Positions 19,991 to 29,860 of a stretch of DNA of 39,176 nt are shown piece after piece; position 1 is the stretch's first letter; every line of letters starts with the position of its first letter. A program made the translations under genes and the position numbers. The stretch lies in the sequence record SRR20825019_871; one strand, given 5' to 3'. The notes beneath the pieces are model-generated. The model saw only the letters and a list, made by a program, of their open reading frames with translations, was not told the DNA's origin and searched no databases.

Positions 19991-20779
19991 TTAGAATTTT
20001 AAGACAATTCCCGTTCCAATCCCGAAGGATTTCCCAGTGTTTCTTCCGTTGAGCGTGTACGAATAATTCAGAAAGAGACCCATTTTACTCTTTAATTGGC
20101 GATAGAAAACGCCTCCAACGCGATTATGGGAAACGACGAATTCCCGAAATGACATATATGGGACGCTTCCTTGATAATCCTTATTTCCAATTCCAGTTTG
20201 ATGATCAAGCCAGAGATCCATATAATTTTTACCAAAAGAGATTCCCCATTTCACAGAAAAAGGAATAGAAGATGCCACAGGATCAATTGCGTAGTTGTAT
20301 CCACTTTGAGCTTGTATAAACATACCTTTCGGCAACTCTTGTTGTAAAACCAGACGTGAACTAATCATCGTGGCTCTTTGCCCAATCGATTGACTGCTCT
20401 CTGTGTTGTACGCACTCATTGGAAAGGAGATTCCGACAGCGGGAATAATAGAAAAAGAGCGTTTAAATACGTTGGTTTTTAGTAACTGATACTTCGTGAA
20501 AATAGCAGCGTCCTGAAATTGAAAGTTAATTACGGGAACGTTTCCTATAACGTCCCATTTTTCAGTAATTCCATATTCCGCAAAGGCACTCAAACTGAGA
20601 ATATTTCTATTCAGATTTATCTGTTTTGTTCCAGCAAAAAATGTTGAAGAGCCTTGATATGTGCCAGAAATAGCGACATCAATGTTTCCTTTTCCTTTGA
20701 AAAAACCATCAACTAATCCCTGACCAAATACAACGTTTGTTACAAGTGTAATGAGCGGTATGAAAAGTAAGCGTGGCAT
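19991..20779 (-). CDS. Putative outer-membrane beta-barrel protein
   Basis: Signal peptide VFG|Q, amphipathic beta pattern and C-terminal Phe (GIVLKF). Confidence 0.7.
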   Translation of the reverse strand: MPRLLFIPLITLVTNVVFGQGLVDGFFKGKGNIDVAISGTYQGSSTFFAGTKQINLNRNILSLSAFAEYGITEKWDVIGNVPVINFQFQDAAIFTKYQLLKTNVFKRSFSIIPAVGISFPMSAYNTESSQSIGQRATMISSRLVLQQELPKGMFIQAQSGYNYAIDPVASSIPFSVKWGISFGKNYMDLWLDHQTGIGNKDYQGSVPYMSFREFVVSHNRVGGVFYRQLKSKMGLFLNYSYTLNGRNTGKSFGIGTGIVLKF

Positions 20780-21309
20780 TATTCAATAATCGATGTGATT
20801 TTATCGCTCATCGGTGTTACTGGAGATTTGAAATGATCCAATAATTGCCCGTCTTCGCTCACGATGAACTTCTCGAAATTCCATAATATTGTGCTGTTAT
20901 CTTCACCATTTTCAGCTTTGGAAGTGAGCCACTGATAAATCGGATGTTGATTTTCTCCTTTCACATCGATTTTTGAAGCCATTAGAAAGTCTACGCCATA
21001 ATTTTTCTGGCAAAAGGATTTAATCTCTTCTTCCGACCCTGGTTCTTGTCCACCGAATTGATCACATGGAAACCCGATGAGCGTTACCTTATCGCCAAAC
21101 TTTTCGTGAAGTTCTTGTAATTCAGTATATTGAACGGTAAATCCGCACTCTGAAGCTGTGTTTACAAACATGATCTTCTTTCCTTTGAAGGTAGAAAGTT
21201 CGACAACATTTCCGCCGATGTCTGTAAAAGAAAGATCGTAAATTGACGTGTTTTGAGCCATAATAGTGGATGTTAATGTGATAATAAAGAAAATAAGTGC
21301 TGTTTTCAT
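20779..21309 (-). CDS. Glutathione peroxidase family protein (Cys type, exported)
   Basis: VNTASECGFT, GFPCDQFGGQEPG and WNFEKF motifs; signal peptide. Confidence 0.95.
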   Translation of the reverse strand: MKTALIFFIITLTSTIMAQNTSIYDLSFTDIGGNVVELSTFKGKKIMFVNTASECGFTVQYTELQELHEKFGDKVTLIGFPCDQFGGQEPGSEEEIKSFCQKNYGVDFLMASKIDVKGENQHPIYQWLTSKAENGEDNSTILWNFEKFIVSEDGQLLDHFKSPVTPMSDKITSIIE

Positions 21310-21417
21310 TCCTTAAAAGTATTGTTTTTAGTTAGACGTTTGAAGTCGTGGATTCATGCAATTTGTTCGAATAAATGTATAATTTGTCAGTTTTTAACGA
21401 GATCAACGTTTAAGCCG

Positions 21418-22176
21418 ATGATGAAAATACTTTGGATCCCTTTCTTTCTTGTTGCATTATTCGCCTGCACAGATCAAAATGAAGCAAATCTTCCTAAAAT
21501 TAACCAGACGCCTTCCGCGGAAGAGGTTTTGGATGCCGCTTACGTTGCACATGGATGCGATTCTATTTTTGGGAACTCCTTTTCGTTCGATTTTCGTGAG
21601 AATTGCTACACATTCGATTACAACAAAACGGGTTTTATTTATACCAAGAGATCTCTAAAACTAGGAGAAAATCGGGTGGATTCACTGATCAATGGTCGCC
21701 TCGTTCGTTATCAATCTGGGGAAGAGTCGCTTCTAACGGCAGAAGAACAAAACAAGTACGCCGAGTCCATCAATTCGGTCATTTATTTTGCAACGCTTCC
21801 CTACAAGTTGAAAGACAAAGCGGTAAATTCCGAACGCGTTGGATCGAGGGTATTGCGAGGTGAAACATACGATTTACTCAAGGTGACGTTCGATCAAGAA
21901 GGTGGTGGAACAGATCACGATGATGAATTTATGTATTGGGTGAACCGCACAACTCACTTAATTGATTATTTGGCTTACAGCTACAACGTGAATGGCGGAG
22001 GCGTTCGATTTAGAGCCGCAACTAATCCAACAGTCGTTCGAGGTGTGCGTTTTCAAGATTACATCAATTATGGCGCACCGAATGACACACCACTTTCTGA
22101 ACTGTTGTTCATGTACGAAGAAGGAAAGTTGGATCAGCTTTCGGAAATTGAACTAGAGAATATTGCAGTGAAATAA
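21418..22176 (+). CDS. DUF6503-like lipoprotein
   Basis: Lipobox LFAC after the ATG-ATG at 21418; NSVIYFATLPYKL, VTFDQEGGG-x-DHDD and GGVRFR motifs. Confidence 0.7.
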   Translation: MMKILWIPFFLVALFACTDQNEANLPKINQTPSAEEVLDAAYVAHGCDSIFGNSFSFDFRENCYTFDYNKTGFIYTKRSLKLGENRVDSLINGRLVRYQSGEESLLTAEEQNKYAESINSVIYFATLPYKLKDKAVNSERVGSRVLRGETYDLLKVTFDQEGGGTDHDDEFMYWVNRTTHLIDYLAYSYNVNGGGVRFRAATNPTVVRGVRFQDYINYGAPNDTPLSELLFMYEEGKLDQLSEIELENIAVK

Positions 22177-22190
22177 TCAGTTCAATGACC

Positions 22191-23312
22191 TTACTCATTG
22201 GAGATGCGTTCTATGCGAATCACCTTTTCTCCTTGACAATACGGCAGCTCACAAAGTGTTGACGCGTTGCAATTTCCCGTCCAGTAATAATCCTGTTCAC
22301 CTGAAACCAAAACACCAATCACCTCGTTTTTGCTAATGCTGAATACGGGAGATCCAGAATTTCCTTGAAAGGCATCTAACGTTGAGTAAAAATAATCCGA
22401 AGCATTATTCGTGTACACCCGAGCGTTGAGCGCCACCTTTTTCGGAAGTCCAGATGGATGACCAATCATGTATATCATGTCATCTTTCTTAAGCGTGTTG
22501 GTCAAGTTGAGTTTTAGAACAGGCACAGTTAATTTTCTAGACACTCGAAACTGAGCAATATCAAGCACTTCATCGGTTGAATAAATTGCTTCTATTTCGT
22601 ATATATTTTCCGCCAGAATTACGGGATTTACAGCTCCCGTTCTATTAATTGCATCAAAATTGAATACAACGACGTATTCTTTCAAGTTATCTTCAAAAAC
22701 ATGGTTCGCGGTCATCATGCTGTCCTCACCAATAACAAAAGCGGTTCCAACACCCACACTTAGTTGATTTGAATACGCTTCCTCTGGGCATACATTTAAA
22801 CGCCGTTGTAATGTAAGAGAAACATCGAGTGCGTATAGGCTGTCTGTTAATTCCCATAATTGATCCCGATGAACAATCATACCAACGGATCTGCTGTTGT
22901 TGAGGATTTTTCTTTCCCATTCATTGAGGATACTCAATTCCAGTAATTCAATTCTACTATCGTATTGTGATGGTCCTGTTATCAATCGCTCGTATAATTC
23001 CGGACTTAATTCAGAAGGGTCAATTTCAAGTGTTCGGTCTTTTATCAATCCTTTGTTGGGTTGATTCTCAGAGGGATCTTTGACAAGTGATTCTACTTGA
23101 AACTCTAGAAGTTGCTTGGAGGTAACAACGCTTTTTTCAAAGTTGTTTTTTTCGACCCCAAACAATTGAAACGTTTCAATGTCTTCCACAGAATTCATTT
23201 CGAGCCATTGCTTTAGTTTCAGACTATCGTCAAGATTCGGTTCATTTTCTTCTTGCCCGAGTGCGAAAATCGAGGAGCAGAGCACACAAAGAAATAGACT
23301 TAGTGAGCGCAT
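22191..23312 (-). CDS. Exported trypsin-like (V8-type) serine protease
   Basis: Signal peptide; triad motifs TANHV (His), DIAQF (Asp) and GNSGSPV (Ser); IGHPSGLPKK. Confidence 0.88.
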   Translation of the reverse strand: MRSLSLFLCVLCSSIFALGQEENEPNLDDSLKLKQWLEMNSVEDIETFQLFGVEKNNFEKSVVTSKQLLEFQVESLVKDPSENQPNKGLIKDRTLEIDPSELSPELYERLITGPSQYDSRIELLELSILNEWERKILNNSRSVGMIVHRDQLWELTDSLYALDVSLTLQRRLNVCPEEAYSNQLSVGVGTAFVIGEDSMMTANHVFEDNLKEYVVVFNFDAINRTGAVNPVILAENIYEIEAIYSTDEVLDIAQFRVSRKLTVPVLKLNLTNTLKKDDMIYMIGHPSGLPKKVALNARVYTNNASDYFYSTLDAFQGNSGSPVFSISKNEVIGVLVSGEQDYYWTGNCNASTLCELPYCQGEKVIRIERISNE

Positions 23313-23317
23313 AATGA

Positions 23318-26300
23318 TTATAGCCTTGGCTTAGTATAAAGATTGAACAACGGAATATCTAAAACAAGTCCAACTCCTACTCTCCAAGATTCGTAGCTTT
23401 TGGTTTCTCCGTTCGATTCTATCCTTCTTAGTTGAGGACCGTACTGCCCACCTACGTTGATTGAAAGGGGAGATTTTCGAAAACCATAGCTCAAATAGAG
23501 TCCAGGGGAGAAAATAGTACTAAAATTAATCTCAGGAAGAGCAATGGTATTTGTATCTGCATCTAAATGAACCCGTGTGAAAGCGCCAATATCAATTATC
23601 GGAACGAAAAGCCCAATTGATCCGCATTTTTCTGATCCACGACTAACACTCAATCCAACAGGAACAGTTAAGCTGGCTGCCATGCTTGTCGTCATTTTCC
23701 CGTCCAAACGCGTTAACTCAGGCCCTAAAAGAATCCCAGGATATGAGTTGATAGAAGTGTTCCACCTTGCGGTTCGTTTAATCGCATAGCTTCCAGAAGG
23801 TAAAGCAAATGCTTCAATTGCTTTCTCAACATCTTCGGCGTCTTTCGATTTTGCCATATCGTTGATGAAGTGAATCAAACGGAATACTTGAGAGTTTGGA
23901 TCGATTGAAAGTTTGGACGGAAAGGCGAATGCGTAATCGGCTAATAGACTTTCTAGTTCGTTCAGAAGTTTTTCGAAATCTTTTGCTTTTATATCTCTTT
24001 CTCCTTTTTCTGAGAATGCCCAATCGATTGCTAATTTAGAGCAACTGTCAAAAAGAGCTTGAAACTTTTCTGCTTCTTCCTTACTGAAAAGGGAAACTTC
24101 CTTTCCTTTGATGGTTATTTTAAATTGTTCTAGTTGTTCTCTTAGCCTTTTGCTTAATGTATCTAATTTTTGGTTTGAATAATACTCAAGGATGAGCTTT
24201 CTAAAGGTTTCGTTTTCCACCAATGAATCAATCTTTTTAAGATTCAAACTGTCCAGTCCTTTTTTTGACCCGTTGATGACTTCGGATAGTAGCGTTTTAA
24301 CAGAATTAATATTGGTAGCAAAATCCTTGTCTTCTATATCTCCTGCCCTATAAAACAATAACCATTTTGTAAGCGCATGATTCAAATCGGTCAACTGATT
24401 TTCGTATGCTTTCATCGCTTTATTATTCATCTTCCTTTTTCTGAAATCATCGCTTCGTACTTCCATTAAAAAGGCCAGGTCTTTATTATCCAACTGTGCT
24501 TTGAGATTTGACAACTCTTTTACAGATGTAGTTAACTCTGCTAAAACGTTGTTTGGACGCATGGTTTCCACAATTTCCAAGGCTTTTAAAAGTGCGATTA
24601 CATAGTTTTTGTTGTGGACATCTAGAATGATGTCATTTGTTGTCCGCGCCGCATTGATGTATGGACTTACTTTTTCGTAGAGCGGGAATTTCTCATACGT
24701 ATTGTCATTTGAATCGGCGAAAATTGCGCTGTAAATAGGTTGATCTTGACGTTTATCAATTACGATAGTATCTAATACTCTCCCAATGTCCGTCAACTGA
24801 CTCATTAAAAAGTTAACTAGACTATCTCCTGCCAGAGCGACTTCATCAGAAAAATCAATGATTCCACCAACGAATTCATGCACCAATTCAAGTGGAATTT
24901 TTTCACCTTTTTTATTGAGCTTTTTCAATTCCAAAGCTGCAGCGTTGACTTTGTCACCCGTAAGTCCAAGTTGACTAAGCATGGATTCAAACATATTCTT
25001 AGACCTTTTTAAGTCTTCGAGCTTTAGTGAATCAAAAGTGGACATCACTTCGTTCATTAGTGAATTAAGAGGAATATTCACCCTTGTTATCGAATCAGTC
25101 GAATGTGTTATACTTTTTGTGTCTGATTTTGTGATTGTTGTGATTGTCACTGCTTTCTTAATCAGGGTATTAAACGTCACATTGTAATACTTCAAGTTTT
25201 GTTGGTGAAGCATTCCGTAATAGAGCAAATAGAACTCTGTGTTCTCAAGGTAATTGCTTATTTCCTCGAACGTAATTATTTCCAATTGCCCGGTTTCACG
25301 AGTTGTTAAGCTTCGCGCTAACATGCACGTGAGATCAATGGCATTCGTAATGTTCTGTTTTAGAGGGTTATCTGAGGTGTTCCATCCATTCAACGTTCTG
25401 CTATTCTCCAGAATTTCGAAGTATTCTATTGGGTTTTTCATCTGGGCAAGCTTTGGAATCAATTCCAATGCTTCAAAGGCGAAATCCATGTCTGGATGCA
25501 TTTCCAACAATCGTTCAAAACGAGGAGTATTTCTAAGGTTCGGTAGGTTTGTGAGCAAGTTATTGAGGTCCTCTTCAATGTATTGTTTCATTTCGTCTCC
25601 AAAATTGAGCATTTGATCTGCCCGAAATTGAAGGAGGTATTCTACCGTTCTTGGGAGCAGAACCTTAAGTTCATTCAAACCGCTTTCGTCCGAAGGATTT
25701 TCAAGCGATTCTTGTACTTTACTAATAACATAGGTGGTCATTTCCTCTTTTATTCGAGTAGCTAAAAATCGACTTAGGCCATCTATTGCTGTTGTAAAAC
25801 TTAGGTCACCTCCAATAAATGGAAGTCCCTTTTGTACGCCTGTAGACAATGCCTGATCCACGCGAATGTCGAGTGATTTCCCATTCAAATCCATGTGTTT
25901 TTGATGGAACTCACCAACAATATATTTCATGTATTCGTTCGTGCCGAATGAATTCTTGATTCTCTGAAAACTCATAGTATCGATGGAAAACAAGTGCTTT
26001 CTATATGATTCCAAACTTTTATTTAAACCTTCCAAATCTGCCCCTGAAGTTGCGGGAGGTGTTTTATATCCAGCCACCTGCATCCTTTCGTTCGCTTTAG
26101 CATCTAAGCTGTTCTTTTTCAGTGTGTAATCCTTGTAGAGGCTGTCAGCTTTGCTTTGTAAATTATTCGCTTTCGTTCTAATGGTTTTGTCTGCCGAATA
26201 AAAAAGGTTGTTTTTCTCTTCCAGCAAATAGACTTTGAAAATGCGTATTGCTTCTGCGCGATCTCGAATTATTTGCTCCTCGCGCTGATCAGGCGCTACT

Positions 26301-26431
26301 GTGTTGTAATCTTTATTTAGGAGTTTCACCAATTTAATAGCGTCTCCAACTACAGGGGCGTCTTTTTGAGAAAATACGGCGCTGGTGAGTATAGTAAGTA
26401 CGAGGGTCAAAAGTGGTTTTAGTAAGTTCAT
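23318..26431 (-). CDS. Large exported hypothetical protein, 1037 aa, with helical body and beta-rich C-terminus
   Basis: Signal peptide VFS|Q and a Leu/Lys/Glu-rich helical body. The last ~155 aa are Gly/aromatic amphipathic strands ending VGVGLVLDIPLFNLY. Confidence 0.8.
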   Translation of the reverse strand: MNLLKPLLTLVLTILTSAVFSQKDAPVVGDAIKLVKLLNKDYNTVAPDQREEQIIRDRAEAIRIFKVYLLEEKNNLFYSADKTIRTKANNLQSKADSLYKDYTLKKNSLDAKANERMQVAGYKTPPATSGADLEGLNKSLESYRKHLFSIDTMSFQRIKNSFGTNEYMKYIVGEFHQKHMDLNGKSLDIRVDQALSTGVQKGLPFIGGDLSFTTAIDGLSRFLATRIKEEMTTYVISKVQESLENPSDESGLNELKVLLPRTVEYLLQFRADQMLNFGDEMKQYIEEDLNNLLTNLPNLRNTPRFERLLEMHPDMDFAFEALELIPKLAQMKNPIEYFEILENSRTLNGWNTSDNPLKQNITNAIDLTCMLARSLTTRETGQLEIITFEEISNYLENTEFYLLYYGMLHQQNLKYYNVTFNTLIKKAVTITTITKSDTKSITHSTDSITRVNIPLNSLMNEVMSTFDSLKLEDLKRSKNMFESMLSQLGLTGDKVNAAALELKKLNKKGEKIPLELVHEFVGGIIDFSDEVALAGDSLVNFLMSQLTDIGRVLDTIVIDKRQDQPIYSAIFADSNDNTYEKFPLYEKVSPYINAARTTNDIILDVHNKNYVIALLKALEIVETMRPNNVLAELTTSVKELSNLKAQLDNKDLAFLMEVRSDDFRKRKMNNKAMKAYENQLTDLNHALTKWLLFYRAGDIEDKDFATNINSVKTLLSEVINGSKKGLDSLNLKKIDSLVENETFRKLILEYYSNQKLDTLSKRLREQLEQFKITIKGKEVSLFSKEEAEKFQALFDSCSKLAIDWAFSEKGERDIKAKDFEKLLNELESLLADYAFAFPSKLSIDPNSQVFRLIHFINDMAKSKDAEDVEKAIEAFALPSGSYAIKRTARWNTSINSYPGILLGPELTRLDGKMTTSMAASLTVPVGLSVSRGSEKCGSIGLFVPIIDIGAFTRVHLDADTNTIALPEINFSTIFSPGLYLSYGFRKSPLSINVGGQYGPQLRRIESNGETKSYESWRVGVGLVLDIPLFNLYTKPRL

Positions 26432-26749
26432 CGTTTTCAGAAATAGTGTTTTTACGAAATAGAGAACATGATGCTTCTATTCAATAAATAAATTCAGTTC
26501 ACGAAAAGTAACAAAAAAGGATGGGTTGACCAACGCGGAAGCTACTATTTCCAATGGTGAGTTTATGACGATTTTGATGGAGTTTTGCGTAATATGTAGC
26601 CAAAAGAGCGTGTTTTTGCTTCTTTTGAGTGTTAATTGTTATATTTCAGAAAAACCTAACGATGTTTTATTCGTTTAGCTCTTTTAACTCAAACAAAAAA
26701 CAAGCTTCCATACTCACAAAGTGAGTGCGGATGTGCTAATTGATCTTTT

Positions 26750-26963
26750 CATGCATAGATTTTCGGGTTTTCTTTGCATGTTTTCGTTAGGTGTAAAGAA
26801 AACAACCTTTTGTTTACATGTATGGCTTCTTTTGCTTTTTCATGTAAAGAAAATGGAAAAATGTTTACACGAATGGCTATATTTATACTTTCATGTAAAG
26901 AAAATAGCTTTTTCTATGCATGAAGGTGATGACATGTAAACAAAATAGAAAATCCTTATCATG
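26750..26963. promoter_or_regulatory. Array of five 31-bp palindromic operator-like sites
   Basis: Units at 26750, 26790, 26841, 26892 and 26933, consensus CATG(T/C)A(A/T)A(G/C)A-N11-T(G/C)T(T/A)T(A/G)CATG. The last unit ends on the Fic ATG. Confidence 0.85.
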
Positions 26964-28031
26964 AGTTGGAAGCCAACAAATTTGCCATTAAATCATTCTT
27001 TAGAGACGATTCCTGTACTAAAGAAACTGGCAAGTGCCCACCGAGCTCTTGCGGAACTTAAGGGTATTGCCCAAACCATTCCTCGCCCAGATATATTGAT
27101 TAATACATTAATACTTCAGGAAGCAAAAGACAGCTCTGAGGTAGAAAATATTGTTACTACTCATGATGAGCTCTACAAAGGATCGCTCGATCTAGATAAA
27201 CTAGTTTCGCCTTCTGCCAAGGAAGTTCAAAATTATGTTGCAGCACTAAAGCGGGGTTTTAGCTTAGTAGATAAAAACAAGATTCTCACTACGAACAATA
27301 TTTTGGAAATTCAGGATGTCTTGGAGGAAAATAATGCAGGACTAAGGAAAATTCCTGGTACGACGCTCAAAAATCAGCAAACGGGAAAAGTAGTATACGA
27401 GCCCCCTCAAAACGCACAAGAAATTAGTGATTTAATGAATAATCTTGAAGTGTTTATGAACCAGCATGACCTGACGGATTTAGATCCAATTGTGAAAATG
27501 GCAATTATTCACTTTCAATTTGAGAGTATTCATCCGTTTTATGATGGAAATGGTCGCACAGGGAGGATTATCAATATTTTATACTTGGTATTAAACGAAC
27601 TACTAGAAACCCCTATTTTATACTTAAGCCGATATATCATACAGAATAAGTCAAGTTATTATTTTCTTCTTCAAGACGTGCGAGACAATTCTTCATGGGA
27701 AGCGTGGTTACTGTTTATGATTTCAGCTGTGGAGGAAACAGCCTATCATACGATTACACTTGTCAATACAATCAAGGAAGAAATGCAAAACTTGAAAAAA
27801 ACGTTGCGAGATAATTATAAGTTTTATAGTCAAGATTTATTAAATCACTTATTCAAACAACCGTATACGAAAATTGAATTTCTTCAAAATGACCTTGGAA
27901 TAAGTCGGGTAACAGCCTCAAGTTATCTAAATACGCTTGCTGAGGATGGAATTATTGTAAAACACAAATGGGGAAAGTTTAATTATTACATTAATACCCA
28001 TCTCGTTGAAGCTCTTGAGCGACTTGATTAA
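26961..28031 (+). CDS. Class II Fic-domain AMPylase with C-terminal winged HTH
   Basis: Catalytic HPFYDGNGRTGR, N-terminal inhibitory motif SSEVEN, and C-terminal LGISRVTASSYLNTLAEDGII (wHTH). Confidence 0.92.
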   Translation: MSWKPTNLPLNHSLETIPVLKKLASAHRALAELKGIAQTIPRPDILINTLILQEAKDSSEVENIVTTHDELYKGSLDLDKLVSPSAKEVQNYVAALKRGFSLVDKNKILTTNNILEIQDVLEENNAGLRKIPGTTLKNQQTGKVVYEPPQNAQEISDLMNNLEVFMNQHDLTDLDPIVKMAIIHFQFESIHPFYDGNGRTGRIINILYLVLNELLETPILYLSRYIIQNKSSYYFLLQDVRDNSSWEAWLLFMISAVEETAYHTITLVNTIKEEMQNLKKTLRDNYKFYSQDLLNHLFKQPYTKIEFLQNDLGISRVTASSYLNTLAEDGIIVKHKWGKFNYYINTHLVEALERLD

Positions 28032-28088
28032 GTTGGGTATTGAAAGAAATTAAAAGTCAATTCGTCTAAGAACTAAAGAATTTCAATT

Positions 28089-28775
28089 ATGAAAAAAGAA
28101 GTCATTACTGTTGATATTGTGTCGGATGTTGCTTGTCCGTGGTGTTATGTTGGAAAACGAAAGTTTGAAGCGGCTTTAAAGCAATGGAAAGGTGCTCCAC
28201 TGGAAGTCAATTGGCACCCGTATCAATTGGATCCTACAATGACGATGGAAGGAATAGATCGAGACACATATTTGATCAATAAATTCGGAAGTGTTGAAGG
28301 AATGAAAGGAATGACTGATCGATTAACCGCGGTTGGTAAAGAAGTGGGAATCAACTTTGATTTTGAGAAAAATTGGACGGCCTATAATACCCTTCATTTG
28401 CATCAGTTATTGCATGTTGCGGGACAAGAAGGATTCAAAGCGGAGTTAAAAGAGCGATTTTTAAAAGCGTACTTCGAAGAGTTAGATCCTCTCAATAAAG
28501 CCGAAATTTTACATTCTATTCTAGCCGATTTTGGTTGGAGTTCGGATAAAGTAGATGCAATTATTGCCGATCAACAAATTGCAGACGCGGTAAAGGCTGA
28601 AATAGCGCATTATCAAAGTTTAGGCGTATCAGGAGTTCCCTTTTTCATTCTGAATAACAAGTATGGAATTAGCGGCGCTCAGCCAACAGAAGTATTTTTG
28701 GAAGCATTGGAATCGTTGGAACCTATTGAAGTGAGTTCTGAAGGCGATAGTTGTGGGGTGGAAGGGGAGTGTTAG
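28089..28775 (+). CDS. DsbA/FrnE-family oxidoreductase
   Basis: SDVACPWCYVGK, GVSGVPFF and ISGAQP motifs. Confidence 0.92.
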   Translation: MKKEVITVDIVSDVACPWCYVGKRKFEAALKQWKGAPLEVNWHPYQLDPTMTMEGIDRDTYLINKFGSVEGMKGMTDRLTAVGKEVGINFDFEKNWTAYNTLHLHQLLHVAGQEGFKAELKERFLKAYFEELDPLNKAEILHSILADFGWSSDKVDAIIADQQIADAVKAEIAHYQSLGVSGVPFFILNNKYGISGAQPTEVFLEALESLEPIEVSSEGDSCGVEGEC

Positions 28776-28804
28776 AACATTTCAAAAATGGAGCATTCAT
28801 CCTC

Positions 28805-29860
28805 TTAAAACTCCAAAACATCCATTGCTAGTCGAAAACCGATTTCAGCACTTGTAGAATTTTGATCGTCATAAAACTGTCTAACGGGATATTGAAGGTA
28901 ATAGCCAGGATCGTTCCAACTTCCTCCTTTTGTAACACCCCAAGGCTGTTCACTTTTTACTAATTTATCGTGAGAGAAAGAGTAGGATTCATCGCGGAAA
29001 TAATAAGCGTCTACCATTTCCTCTACGTTTCCAGCCATTTGATACAATCCAAAAGCGTTAGGTTTAAAGGCGTCAACAGGTGAGGTTATGTCATAATTGG
29101 TTAAATCGCCTCCCGCTCTTTGACCAGTGGAAAACGGCATTCCCGTTGAAAGAAGGACTAAGCGTTTTTTTTCTTGCCCTCCATAATTTATCAAAACAGA
29201 ATCGCGGAGGATGCTCAATTGACTTACCGCCAGAAAGTTTGCCATCAGTTTACCGTCTTCGTCAAACGTAGAGTTAGTTCCCCATGGTAAATAAGAATAG
29301 CTGTTATTTCCCTTGTACCCATATTCCCACTCCTCTTCAGTTGGAATTCTGAATTGTACTTTCTTGAAAACACGCTTTTCATCGGAGTTGTATTTTTCGG
29401 TGCACCATTCAGCATAGGCCTTTGCTTGATTGTAAGAAACTCCCACCACTGGATAATTCGAGTAAGCTGGATGCCGGAGATAGTAGTCGACGTAGGGTTC
29501 GTTCCAACCCACTGGACTTCTCCAAACAAGGGTGTCGGGGAGATAAGATTTACCGAGAACGGAGTCAATAGCGAGCTGTGCATTCACAAATTCCAAGTAC
29601 TGCTGATTATTCACTTCACATTTTTGCATGAAGAACGAATCAACACTTGAGGTATGATTACGAAAATAGGATCCATTGGAATAAGGAAGATCAGAATCAT
29701 TCGCACCTCGCGTGTAGCTTCCCGAGGGTATAAATGCAAAACCAGAAGACTTTTGATAGGTCTTTGTGAGCTTTCGAAAAGTTTTGAGGCTGTCTTTATA
29801 TTGTGCTGAAGTCGCGAATGTAAAAGCGATTACGCTGAGAGTGAGAAGTAGTTGTTTCAT
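28805..29860 (-). CDS. FGE-sulfatase-domain protein, GldJ/GldK-like paralogue
   Basis: LPDTLVW, YLRHPAYSNYPVVGVS, RIPTEEEWEY, PNAFGLYQMAGNVEE and KGGSW motifs. Confidence 0.85.
   Translation of the reverse strand: MKQLLLTLSVIAFTFATSAQYKDSLKTFRKLTKTYQKSSGFAFIPSGSYTRGANDSDLPYSNGSYFRNHTSSVDSFFMQKCEVNNQQYLEFVNAQLAIDSVLGKSYLPDTLVWRSPVGWNEPYVDYYLRHPAYSNYPVVGVSYNQAKAYAEWCTEKYNSDEKRVFKKVQFRIPTEEEWEYGYKGNNSYSYLPWGTNSTFDEDGKLMANFLAVSQLSILRDSVLINYGGQEKKRLVLLSTGMPFSTGQRAGGDLTNYDITSPVDAFKPNAFGLYQMAGNVEEMVDAYYFRDESYSFSHDKLVKSEQPWGVTKGGSWNDPGYYLQYPVRQFYDDQNSTSAEIGFRLAMDVLEF

Noticed and set aside
20779-21309. Possible selenocysteine peroxidase
   Set aside because: The active-site codon is Cys (SECG) and there is no in-frame TGA.
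26721-26939. 72-aa ORF with repeated HVKK peptides
   Set aside because: The peptide repeats are a by-product of the palindromic DNA array; it has a GTG start and no protein-like features.
26750-26963. Possible CRISPR array
   Set aside because: Unit centres vary, gaps are only 9-20 bp and unequal, and there are no cas genes. It fits protein-binding sites better.
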